The position numbers and the translations under genes were made by a program. The notes below the pieces were generated by a model, which searched no databases, had not been told where the DNA came from, and worked only from the letters and a program-made list of their open reading frames with translations. Source: Lingula anatina (lineage: Eukaryota > Animalia > Brachiopoda). From it: 64,000 bases of DNA. How positions within the stretch are numbered: position 1 is the first letter of the stretch; every line of letters begins with the position of its first letter. The stretch covers positions 42,758,788-42,822,787 of the forward strand of contig CM120640.1 of the NCBI GenBank assembly GCA_051362555.1. The letters are read 5' to 3'. Positions 24,901 to 35,259 of this stretch are shown here, one piece after another.

Positions 24901-27900
24901 ATGCATTTGGTGTTTGAATTTATGAGAAATGTTGAAGATGATGAAACAGTTATAAAGTCTCCTATGTTTGCAGATTTTTAAGATTTGATTTAATTTTTTT
25001 ATGTGTGTTAATCTTCAGTGATGTGTGTTTCAAACTAAAAAAAAAAAGAAAGTAAACAGTAGACATAGGGCTCATTCCCAATTAACTATCATTCTATGTA
25101 GGTCAATGCAACTCCATTGGGACTCCGCTGAATGCAGTCAGGTTAACAGATTAACACATCTCTTGTTTCCAACATACTCTTTTAATCTCGTATAATCACT
25201 AGCTTTTCTGTATTCTACTCAATGCCTGGAGGAGGTGTGTCCATCTGATTGCATTCAGCAAGAGTCCCCACAGAGTTGGATTGATCTACATAGTAGGAGA
25301 GTGTTGTTGGGAATGAGCCCATAGAATGTTCAGTTGTCCACTGACCATGTATTTGAATTTATTTTTCAGCATTGGCATATGCTTGCCTAGCCAAGTTTAT
25401 CCCAAAATATTTGCACAATTTTTTTCTCAAGGACAACTCTGCAGTGATACAAGGTAAAATTAATGTGAATTACATCAAATGTCTCAGTAATTTGTATTTT
25501 TGACGTAAGATAAAAGTAATTACTTTTTTGTTTAATCATGTTATAAATTACTTAAGTAAATGTTATTTAAAATCGTATGTCACTACTGTTTCTAGTTTTT
25601 GACAGTGTTATTGTTAGACTATCTTGCCAATGTAGTCTAATATGTTGTCTGTGTATATTTTTTTTTTTCTTTTCTTCTAGAGTACTTGGCAGTATTTTCT
25701 AATCTTATTGCTTTCCATGACCCTGAGCTGTTCAACCATTTAGATGAAATAGGATTCATACCAGATGTAAGAAAAGTCTTCTCATTTCTGTGCTTGTATT
25801 TTTTTTATGTAATAAAAAGTAAATATGGTTTAAAATGGTGCCAAAGATTCAAAGCATATGCTTTTATTATTCGTATTGCTGCTCAGTTTTTAAATTTCTT
25901 ACCCTTTTGTGCACATTATTGTGGAATTTACTTACAGCTCATCTGCATTATACCAAAGTGAATTGAACATTTAATTTTTTCCCTTTTCAGCTCTATTCTA
26001 TCCCATGGTTTCTTACTATGTATGCACGTAAGTTTTAATTGTTACTGTAATGGGGAAAAAGCAGATGAGCATGGATTAATATGTACCTGTTGATTACTTG
26101 GATTAACAAATCATTGATATTAGATTTAAAATGAGTTAATAGATGAAACATTTTTACTCATACATTTCATTGAGTTTCAGCACCTGCTACAGTGCTTAAT
26201 TGTGCTGGTTTTTAAGAGTAGACAAGTACAAAATTTTATAATATTATGACCACAGAACTGTTTGATTCTTTTTTTGATAGGATAGCTTTTTGAAATAATT
26301 GCAGATGTTTTCCCACTCCACAAGATTGTTCATCTGTGGGACACGCTGCTGCTGGGAAACTCTTCCTTCCCTCTCTGCATTGGAGTGGCCATTTTAAAGC
26401 AGCTCAAGGACCGTCTACTTACATTTGGTTTCAATGAGTGCATCTTGCTGTTCTCAGATATGCCAGGTGATTGTTTATGTAACAGATACACCATGAGTCA
26501 GTGAGGCATGTAATATATACTAGTGACAAATGTAAGGGTTTGTCATAAATATTATGCATGTAGTGGCGTATCCTATTTTTACCATGGCAGATGTAGCTGA
26601 CAAAAGACCCAGCTGTGATGTAGGCCAAATTCATTGTGTGGATTTTTAAACTATTAGCTGCAGTATAAGTGATTCTGTTTCATTGACTAACCTAAAAGAG
26701 TCAATGACCACTGATGTCCTCTGATGCAAAATAAGCAATTAATTAAATTTTTTAAAAAATATCCAAGCTCAGGGCAAATTATTATCCTACAGAAATATTA
26801 ATAACAAATACTGAGTATGTACATGTATTTAACCATAGCAATAATGTCACTGTTGCTGATGTATTTTCCAGAAATCGCCATAGATACCTGTGTTCAAGAA
26901 TCCATCAAAATATTTTGCATGACCCCAAAGAGTTCTCTGTATCGCCAGCATGCAAAACAGCCAGCCAAACCTGAGCCAGCAATGAGCAGGCCAAACATTT
27001 CTTACTATTCAACAGACTACCATGACCAACCACAGAATGAATTGGTAAGTATTCATTTATATCTATCTGAAATATAGATTTATATCTTACCCATCCCTAG
27101 CAATGCTAGATAAATGGTAGACACAATATATAGGTGAAGGATACTTGCCAATAAAGGCCTTTTCATTTATGCTAATTCTTAATGAAATTTTATGCTTTGA
27201 AATGAACTAATTGCCATTAGTTATCCAAATGATTGATAAGAGCATTTGGGTATATCATGATCAAGATTTTATGGTTCTCAGTTACACATAGTTGGCAGAT
27301 ACTGAAACTGAAATTGGTGTAATTATGAGCAATTTGTCATTAGTCTTTGGATCCCATACCACTTGAAGAGCTGAAGTCTGAGAGGTGCCCAAGGATATCT
27401 GCAGAAGACCTCATTGAACTAGGAGAATTAAAGGGCCCTGCACAAACCAAGAGCCCAACAAAAAGATCCAGAGAGGGCAAGCCCAAGTTGTTAATGATTG
27501 ATGTCAGGAGTGAAGAGGAGTATCCTTTTATTATCAAGTTTAATGTTAATTTTTCAATTTTTTATCAAAATAATTTTTGCTTTACCAGATTCATTGTATT
27601 GCTTGAAAGGATTAAAATGTAGAATAATTACAAAATTTTGACGGACATGCACAATAATAAAAAGGCATCCAGTTCTTACTATTTACATAGGAAAATATTA
27701 GCAATCAGAATTTCGATTGTCCTTAATCAAAACAGTTATTTGAGAGGTGCTGTTGGTGGGAGTATTAATATACCACATTCAACTGCCTTTAGTGCAGATG
27801 GCAGTTTAGTTCCATGTTCAGCACTCAACAAACTGAATTCTTGTCGTAATCTAGTCAAAGTGATTATAGGGAACAAAGGAAGAACTGCTTCGAATGTAAG

Positions 27901-28200
27901 TTTTTTTCATCAATTTTTACTTTTTAGATTTTGAAAATGTACTCTGCATGATATACGCTATTTGAATTTCTTTAAAGTTAGAAATGTCTTGAGATAATTA
28001 TTTTAAAAATATTAAATTCTTTTCCTTCAAACAAGTATAAAACATATATATGGAAGTGGGTTTGATGGTTGACTTTTTTAATGCAGTTTGCTGGAGACTT
28101 GGTGAGGTTGGGCTACTCCAAAGTTTGTGTCTTGTACAAAGGCATAGATGTGCTGAGGCCGACAGGATTGCTTGTTGTTCCGTCAACAGATCTCCGATAA
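18978..28200 (+). CDS. TBCK: TBC domain-containing (pseudo)kinase: kinase-like, TBC Rab-GAP and rhodanese domains
   Basis: [56 protein letters not shown] (Arg finger), [12 protein letters not shown] (Gln finger), [10 protein letters not shown], rhodanese [21 protein letters not shown]. First exon 18978-19182; last exon 28087-28200 ends in TAA. Confidence 0.97.
25068..25320. mobile_element. PIF/Harbinger-like MITE in a TBCK intron
   Basis: TIRs GGGCTCATTCCCAA / TTGGGAATGAGCCC with a 3-bp ATA duplication. Inner inverted blocks CTATGTAGGTCAAT/ATTGATCTACATAG and GCTGAATGCA/TGCATTCAGC. Confidence 0.8.
27520..27735 (+). other. U12-type (minor spliceosome) GT-AG intron of TBCK
   Basis: Donor GTATCCTTTT; branch site TCCTTAAT at 27720-27727, close to the CAG acceptor; no polypyrimidine tract. 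Splicing restores EED-YLRG. Confidence 0.92.
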
Positions 28201-29657
28201 AAGAAGGAATCAGGCAGTTTGTTTTCAATCATCAGGTGCAATATGACTTTTACAAGTAATCAAAAGGGACTTAAGAAAGTTTTTTTCCTAGTCTATACAT
28301 GAAACAAGTGAGCACTGATAAGTTTTTTTTTAATTGACAAGACCCAAGTGCTTTTTAATTGACTCTTGTAATTTTCCCTTTTCTGTCACTTGTTTACAAT
28401 TTCACACTCAATGGACCTTTTACAATGTTTTCCAACAAAGGTCACAAGCATATGGATAAAAAAGTTAGTGTAAATATGAAAAATTCATCCAAGTTTAAGT
28501 ACATTCTACTTTTAGTTCTGGTGCAGGAACTCTAGGTTTCTACACAGTATGTGCTACTTCAAAAACAATACATTATATTGGACAAAGACGATTGAGACAA
28601 TCATGTCATTAATATTTATTATTCGTATATTTTATGATAGTTATTACAATCTGCAGAACAATTAATTGCATCAACGTTCTTTTGTAGCAAGCAATAAAGA
28701 ATATATGAAAATAAATGCTAATGATAATCTTGAAGAATTTTTGTAATGCCACCCAATTACATGTTTGTGGTGTGTGTTACTCTGTATGAATATAAATTCA
28801 GTGAGATGTAAACAAGTTAACATTGTTAAGTACATGTCATTGCATCTTAAATTGTCCCCCCTGTTCATCCTTGTCTTCATTGTATCCAGTTGGGTGAAGG
28901 TACTTATTCAAGTTATTTACAACATTACTCATTTCCACACCAGTATTTTATAATATATTCATGCAAAAAAAAAAAAAAAAAAACAAACTCATTTTTAAAA
29001 ATTATTTTCATTGTCCCTCCACCCCAATGTTGAACACTAATATATACAAATATAGTCATCTTCTGTCAACATTTACTAATCTTTGTTTATTTCTTCATCA
29101 TGAACTTTGAGTCTGATAACATGAACAATGCAATGCTAACAAAACAGTGATAATCAACAAATTATAATGGAAAAGATTAACACAACATAAAAAAAAAAAC
29201 AATATGGAAATATGCAACAAACATTCAACTCACAAACAACAAACAAAAAAGTTTCACAAGATACTGTCCAATTATCACAACAGGAAAAAAGTCCATACTA
29301 ATAATCATTAATTTGGGCAAATAAAATGAAAACAAATGTTTCACTTTTCACCAACTTAACAGCAGTTTCAAATAACATTGTAAAAGCAGCTCAAACAAAT
29401 AAAACAAAACACACTGGTGATACACCAAATATGAACCTTACACATAACATCCTGTCATATTTATCAAAGATGCTCTATTACAAACCACTGATTATGTGTT
29501 AAAATGTATGTAAGATGTATGTAGGAATACTGCCTAAAAAGCTAATTAATTTCACTATGAATAAACATTTCTCACATCTAGATAATATTAACTGGGACCA
29601 ACCAAACAATCTTGTTTGTTGGGTCCAAGATATAAACCGTCTTCCTCTGGTGCCATT

Positions 29658-31346
29658 TTATATTTCGCCAAGCATAAAACTCCTCATAACTTCAGGCCCT
29701 GCAGAGTCAAACCCTGCCATATCCAGCATTCCTGGATCCTCTGGGTCAGCAATCGTGAAGCCATTACTTGTCATGGCGCAGACAATCAGCTTGGCATCCC
29801 AGATACCACTGGCTTCCCGATACTGCCGTAAAGCTTCCGCAGGATGAACACCTCCTATCCATGTCTCGCAGTCTGTGTACACAATAAATGTGTCATACTC
29901 CCTCTTGTTTTCCCTGGCCCACAGCATGGGTAGAGCACAATCGGTCCTTCCAAAAGGTATGCCTCTTAACAATTGCAACGTTTCATTTAATTTCCATTCT
30001 AAATTGACATTCAGTGGGACTAATTTGTCGGAGAAGGCAACCACATCACACTTGGGCTCTGTATGCAGGGTGGTCATCATCAAAGCTCCTGATGCTAGCC
30101 TGGGGCTTAGAGCACTAGAACCCAATACAGAATAATGATCCATCGATCCACTGACATCCATACCAATGCACACACGTTTGTTGGTAGGCTCAACATACTT
30201 GAAACATTTGTAGAAAGCCTGATCTAAGGCATTTACAATGTGCTGGTTTGGGTTCCATTTCAATTTCCCTTTGTCTCCCTCCCCCTTGCTGTATGTGTGC
30301 AAGGCTAAAAGGACATTGAAGGGATGGATACGTGCCTCTCGCAGGGCCTCTTCACTTTGAAGCTGACTTATTATTATCTGTTCTTCCTCGCTCTCAGACT
30401 CTAGAATCCCGACATCAGTCATCTTTGCCAGGTTGCGGATCATTGCTGTCATAGGCATACTTTTAAGTAATGCTTTCCACACCCCCTTGGAGTTCAGCAG
30501 TTTGGTAGGGATATGCTCTCTTACCAAACCATGGTGCTGAATCAAGGCAATAATCTCTTCTTCATTTGTAGCCTTCTTCGCATCCTCGACACCTTCCAGA
30601 AAAGTGAGGGTCTCTCTTACTACCTCAGACATTTCAGTGGAATATGTTTCTTTAGCAGCCTCCAAACCTTTCACAACATATTTCACCACTGCTGCTACAT
30701 CGCCCTCTGGTTTCAGATGTGTGAGACGAAAGAGGTCTTTATGGGCCCACCCATTACGATTCCGGTACTTGGTAACATGCATGGCCAATTTCTTTGGGTT
30801 TTTGCTGTGTTTGTTGTACCACTTGGCAACAGCACGTCGATGTGCACGACCCCAGCCCGTGCCTTTTGAAAAATTCTTGGCCAACTTCTCACTATAGTCA
30901 ATAAAAGTGAACAAATGGGTTGGAATGCGACAAATATCAGACAAAGCTTCATAGGCTGCCTTCTTGGAGATCTTGTTGTCCAACCTGGCACACAAAGCAA
31001 GGGCAAAGAGAATTGCATTCTGCTTAGATGCTCTCCCTTCAACACTAATATGCTTTATTTCGTTCACCACTTGCTGACCCTTGTCATCCTGAATCAGTTT
31101 TATGATTGCTGTTGCATTTTCTATGCCCAGTTCTTGATCCTTAATGTAGTAAGTTCCACCCTCGGAGCCTAGGATAAGAAATCGGCGCAAGCGGTTCATG
31201 TCATCAACCTTATAGACGTAACCACCTGCACTGTTTTTCGTCTGTGCCTTGTCAATGGGTTTCGACTGGGGGATGTCATTCTTCGCTGGTTTGGGTGCTT
31301 TGAACACGGCACCTATGGCGCTGGCTAGCGAACCGTATGCAGACAT
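29658..31346 (-). CDS. RO60: Ro60 RNA-binding protein (TROVE + vWA domains), 562 aa, single coding exon
   Basis: NSAGGYVY, RLRRFLILGSEGGTYY, ICRIPTHLFTF, GWGRAHRRAV, KYRNRNGWAHKDLFRLTH, MPMTAMIRNL, ARIHPF, MIDAS motif DVSGSM, TDCALPM, IVYTDCET, IADPEDPGMLDMAGFD. Confidence 0.98.
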   Translation of the reverse strand: MSAYGSLASAIGAVFKAPKPAKNDIPQSKPIDKAQTKNSAGGYVYKVDDMNRLRRFLILGSEGGTYYIKDQELGIENATAIIKLIQDDKGQQVVNEIKHISVEGRASKQNAILFALALCARLDNKISKKAAYEALSDICRIPTHLFTFIDYSEKLAKNFSKGTGWGRAHRRAVAKWYNKHSKNPKKLAMHVTKYRNRNGWAHKDLFRLTHLKPEGDVAAVVKYVVKGLEAAKETYSTEMSEVVRETLTFLEGVEDAKKATNEEEIIALIQHHGLVREHIPTKLLNSKGVWKALLKSMPMTAMIRNLAKMTDVGILESESEEEQIIISQLQSEEALREARIHPFNVLLALHTYSKGEGDKGKLKWNPNQHIVNALDQAFYKCFKYVEPTNKRVCIGMDVSGSMDHYSVLGSSALSPRLASGALMMTTLHTEPKCDVVAFSDKLVPLNVNLEWKLNETLQLLRGIPFGRTDCALPMLWARENKREYDTFIVYTDCETWIGGVHPAEALRQYREASGIWDAKLIVCAMTSNGFTIADPEDPGMLDMAGFDSAGPEVMRSFMLGEI

Positions 31347-31794
31347 CTTCTTGTTTTAAATTCTGAAATTTGTAAATAACAGACGTGCGTGAATGTTTTA
31401 GCCAGCAAACTGTGTGCAGACTAAATAGAGTAAGCTGCTTACTTGGCACTTCTGTAGGAGGCTTAAAAATGCTGATTCAGCAAAAAAAATTCACGCATTA
31501 CAATAAGGTAGGGTTGGAATTTCCGTACTTTCCAAACATAGAATTTTGGGGTTTTTTTTAGTTCTAACATCTTTTAATGTGTTTGTAACGATACCTTGTT
31601 ATCGATGTGTCTATCAAATTCCGGCAAAATAGGTTGGAGAGTAGGAGTGAGGTAACACATCATCAATACCTGAATTTCTTATCGGCTCCAGGTTTCTGTT
31701 TACCGAGTGCTGGGTAGTACTAAACGCATGCGCGGAACTGAGGTCAAGGTTAAATTTAATGCAAAATCCAATATCAAGGCAAAGATCTCTGAAC
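31347..31794. promoter_or_regulatory. RO60/TRIR shared upstream region (bidirectional promoter and a RO60 5'UTR intron)
   Basis: The ATGs are ~450 bp apart. Minus-strand intron GTAAGC (31442) to TTTCAG (31363). NRF1-like CGCATGCGC at ~31725; TGAGGTCAAGGTTA at ~31739. Confidence 0.6.
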
Positions 31795-32939
31795 ATGGCT
31801 GACAAACGGACGAGGGACGGGACAGATTGTGAAAGTCTTTTAAATATCAACGCATCAAAGACTCAAAACAAATTTTCAAATGACGGGAGTTTCCTGGAAA
31901 TGTTCAAGAAGAAAATGGAAGAGGAGAGAAAGAAGACAGAGGACTTGACGCAGCACAGCTCGTCGTCAACTCACGATCAAAATTCTCATTCTGTGACTGT
32001 TGGACTTAACGATAAAAAAGATGATGCAGCAGTTCCCAAACCCAAGAAAACTTTACCCTTTGTAAGGGAATCTTGCATCTGTTGTATTTGACATCAATTA
32101 GTGTGTTTAAGCATTAGTTTGTAGGACTCAAATACCGCACCGAACCTTGGCTTACAACTTCTTTGTATATGAACGCGTTTGGGTATCGTTGCTTTTATTT
32201 AAGATAGATAGAATTCCAGTTTGTGTGTATAACTGCTAGGTTACATTTTTATTTAGTTTTCAAACTTGTATTTATCATTTGGGGGTACGAGCTAGGGAAT
32301 ATAATGCATTGAAAAGGCAACAAATGTATGTGCATTTTGGTGGTAATTTTGCAACTTAACAGTCAAAATGAAAAAGTTTCAGTTTGCTGCATACAGGTAT
32401 TATTTTAATTTAAGTACAGACAGTTGTCATAAAATACACAGTTGTGCACAGTTTTACATTAAAATATTGAACAACACAAGCATGGGCACACTTTAAATAC
32501 AGCTAAGGGTGGTGTATGAGATGAGAAATACTGGGTTCAAAAGACAAAGAGGAAGCACACATTTAATGTGTTAGTCCTTTGTTTCCCAGGTTGGAAAAAG
32601 AAGAGGGGCTGCTCCTGTTTTAAAGACAGGAGTTGTGAAAAAGAAAAAGTCGGAAGATAAGGTAAGTTTGAATAAAATTTATATTCTCAAGTTTCAGTAG
32701 GGGTTTACATAGAACAAAAATTGATTTAAACAGTTATTTTAATGAAAATTGGTGTTTGCTACAAATATAATTAGAATTCTGTAATGCAATGTTAAAAATA
32801 CTTGTAAAATGTTTTTCATTTCCAGGCTGAGAAAGGTGAAGTGAAGAAAAATGCTTGGGCACAGTACATGGATGAAGTACAAAAATACAAATCACAAGCA
32901 TGTCAAGATGAAGATAAAACACGGCCATTAGTGAAGTAG
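31795..32939 (+). CDS. TRIR: Telomerase RNA component-interacting RNase (C19orf43 family), ~150 aa
   Basis: Exons 31795-32061, 32590-32661 and 32826-32939. NKFSNDGSFLEMFKKKME, LPFVGKRRG..LKTGVVKK, and C-terminal NAWAQYMDEVQKYKSQACQDEDKTRPLVK*. Confidence 0.92.
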
Positions 32940-34902
32940 CACATTATTTATATTTTGGAGAACTTTGTGCAATAATACAATTCAACAAGGACACTGTTGA
33001 AATTAGGAAATAAAGGGATGGAAAGGAAAACTTTTCAGGTGATCTATTCTGATTTGGTAAAAAATAGCACTTGCAGTTTTTATCATTTTTCCATTTTTGA
33101 AAGAACAGCACAGAGTTGATTGCAAGATCATGAGCCTAATATTGATATAGGGTTTGTTTTTTTTCTTTGAAAGTACATTGTGGGTTTTTAAGTATTTATG
33201 CCATAAAACCTGATGCACCTGCATTGTTTACTTTCCTTGAAAGATCAGGAAAATATCAACTTTCCTTGGAAGACCAAGAAAATGTCAGAATGCTCTTTCT
33301 GTGTGGTGACACAATATGAATTTTACTGTTTTTTTTTTCTACAAGTGAAGTTTTTGCTCTCCTGAGTTTTGTAATTAGTTTTTCACGTTTTCCAACAGGC
33401 AAAGTTGTACCTTTACAATTCACCTTTCCACAGATAATGATGTGCATGCACCAACTATGTTTAGTATGAGTGTTGCATTCTGGTCTAGATATGTGCGCTG
33501 CCATTTCTTGTCAAGCATTCGTGGCTTTTGGCGCTAACGGAAGTATGCACACATGACCATTGGAAATGGGTGAACCACACATGCAGGTAATATCTGGAAA
33601 GGTAAATGGACTAATGAATTGTACCATTCCATTTATATTTGTAAATGTTGAACTTGTTGTTAGGAATGCTTAGATTAGCAGTATCATTTTAGGTCAGTTA
33701 AAACAGGGTTTGCAGTACCTTTCATGTTATGATGTATTCTGTGTTAAGTTTAACATGGTGGCTCTGATTAATAATTTCAAATTTCTGAACTAATTGAATG
33801 TTCACTCAAAGTACAGAATCTTTGGTTAGTGTCCATGCAAACAAGAAGTCATAATGCTAGTTTTGTAAAACAGCCTTAAATCATAAAATTTTAGCCCATT
33901 TCTCATGCATTTAAGATTGTTTAGAGAAGCATATATTGCTCCAGTTAAATTTAATGAGCTGGGATAGGTGAAAAAACAAAGATACAAAATTCATGAAGTT
34001 TGAAAATATTTTTATTTAATTGATCTTATTTAAGTAGCAGCCTTACAATTTTTGTTAAATCTTATTTTAACCCTTACCTTTTTTAGAAATAAAATATTGT
34101 ACTAATTTCAGTTCTTGTTTGTTACACATGTTCATTGTTCTTGAGCTCTTCAATTTCTTACAGTGATACTGGTACAGCACTTGAGCCCCCAAGAATATTC
34201 TTAATACTTTAATTTTTGTTTATCATCATTTATTCTTCAATGAACAATCAGTGTTTCCACAAAAACTAACAAGAAACAACAAATAAATTGCAAAATATTC
34301 TTGCAAACTTTTTGATAGTTATCATCACATGGCGCTATTGGCATTAAGTGGCTTATGGCAACCTAATAGTCACTGAAATATGACCTTAAAAAAAAAACTG
34401 CCCCAGAATGTTTTATGTTGTAGTGGACGTAATGCTACAGTGAAAATAATTTACCTTTACTTTTACACGTTTGTTGTCTGGAGAATCTTGTGACATACAT
34501 GATTGCTAGTCCACTAAAGAAGAAAATATCATGATCACAGGTTTGTATTCATGCCAAACGCCCACATTATTACACCCTCTAGTGAAAATTACCATTTCCA
34601 TGACGTGTATATGGTTTTACATAGGAACCGTGAACTTTGCTATTAATACAACAAATTTGACTCCTTTATCAATGTGCCCAACAATGTCTCTAGTTTGTGC
34701 AAACATTGTTGGCTGAGAGTTGTTCTTGGAAATAAAAAGGTGTGTGAAACTTCCTCTCCGTGTAAGTGTGTTTAAGTTATAAGCAATGGGACTCAACACA
34801 ACCTTCACCATGTAGTGTTTTAAAGCTAGGTTATTCCAAACAACCCCTTTCTTTTATATTGCACCATGGCTCTCTTTCACAATTAGTGATGGGAAACATA
34901 TT

Positions 34903-35223
34903 CTAGCTTTTCTCTTCCTTAGTCAGAACAGTTTTTATTTCCTCCGTAACATTAGACAACAGCGTGGAGTCTGTGGTCTTGCCATCTATGCTAATCCCTT
35001 TATTTGCCTAGAAAATGTCAAAAAATAATGGTCTAAATAGTTAATATCTTGAACTGTGAACATTAAATAATAACATATTCCACGAGCCATTGGCTTGCGA
35101 CAACAGTTTGGAGGAAACCTGTTAAGATTACAGTTGCTTCAGAAACATGATATTGAGAGCAGGTTTTCTGCAACTCATGACAGAGCATGACCTATATTTA
35201 AAGAAAACTCTTCATAGATATTT

Positions 35224-35259
<36 letters not shown>

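Noticed and set aside
29515-31172. Several overlapping and antisense ORFs over Ro60
   Set aside because: Shadow frames of a GC-richer coding exon, with no independent signals.
28200-34900. A canonical Y RNA gene next to Ro60
   Set aside because: I found no GGTCCGA...TTGAC bulged helix with a Pol III terminator on either strand by eye. A covariance search is still needed.
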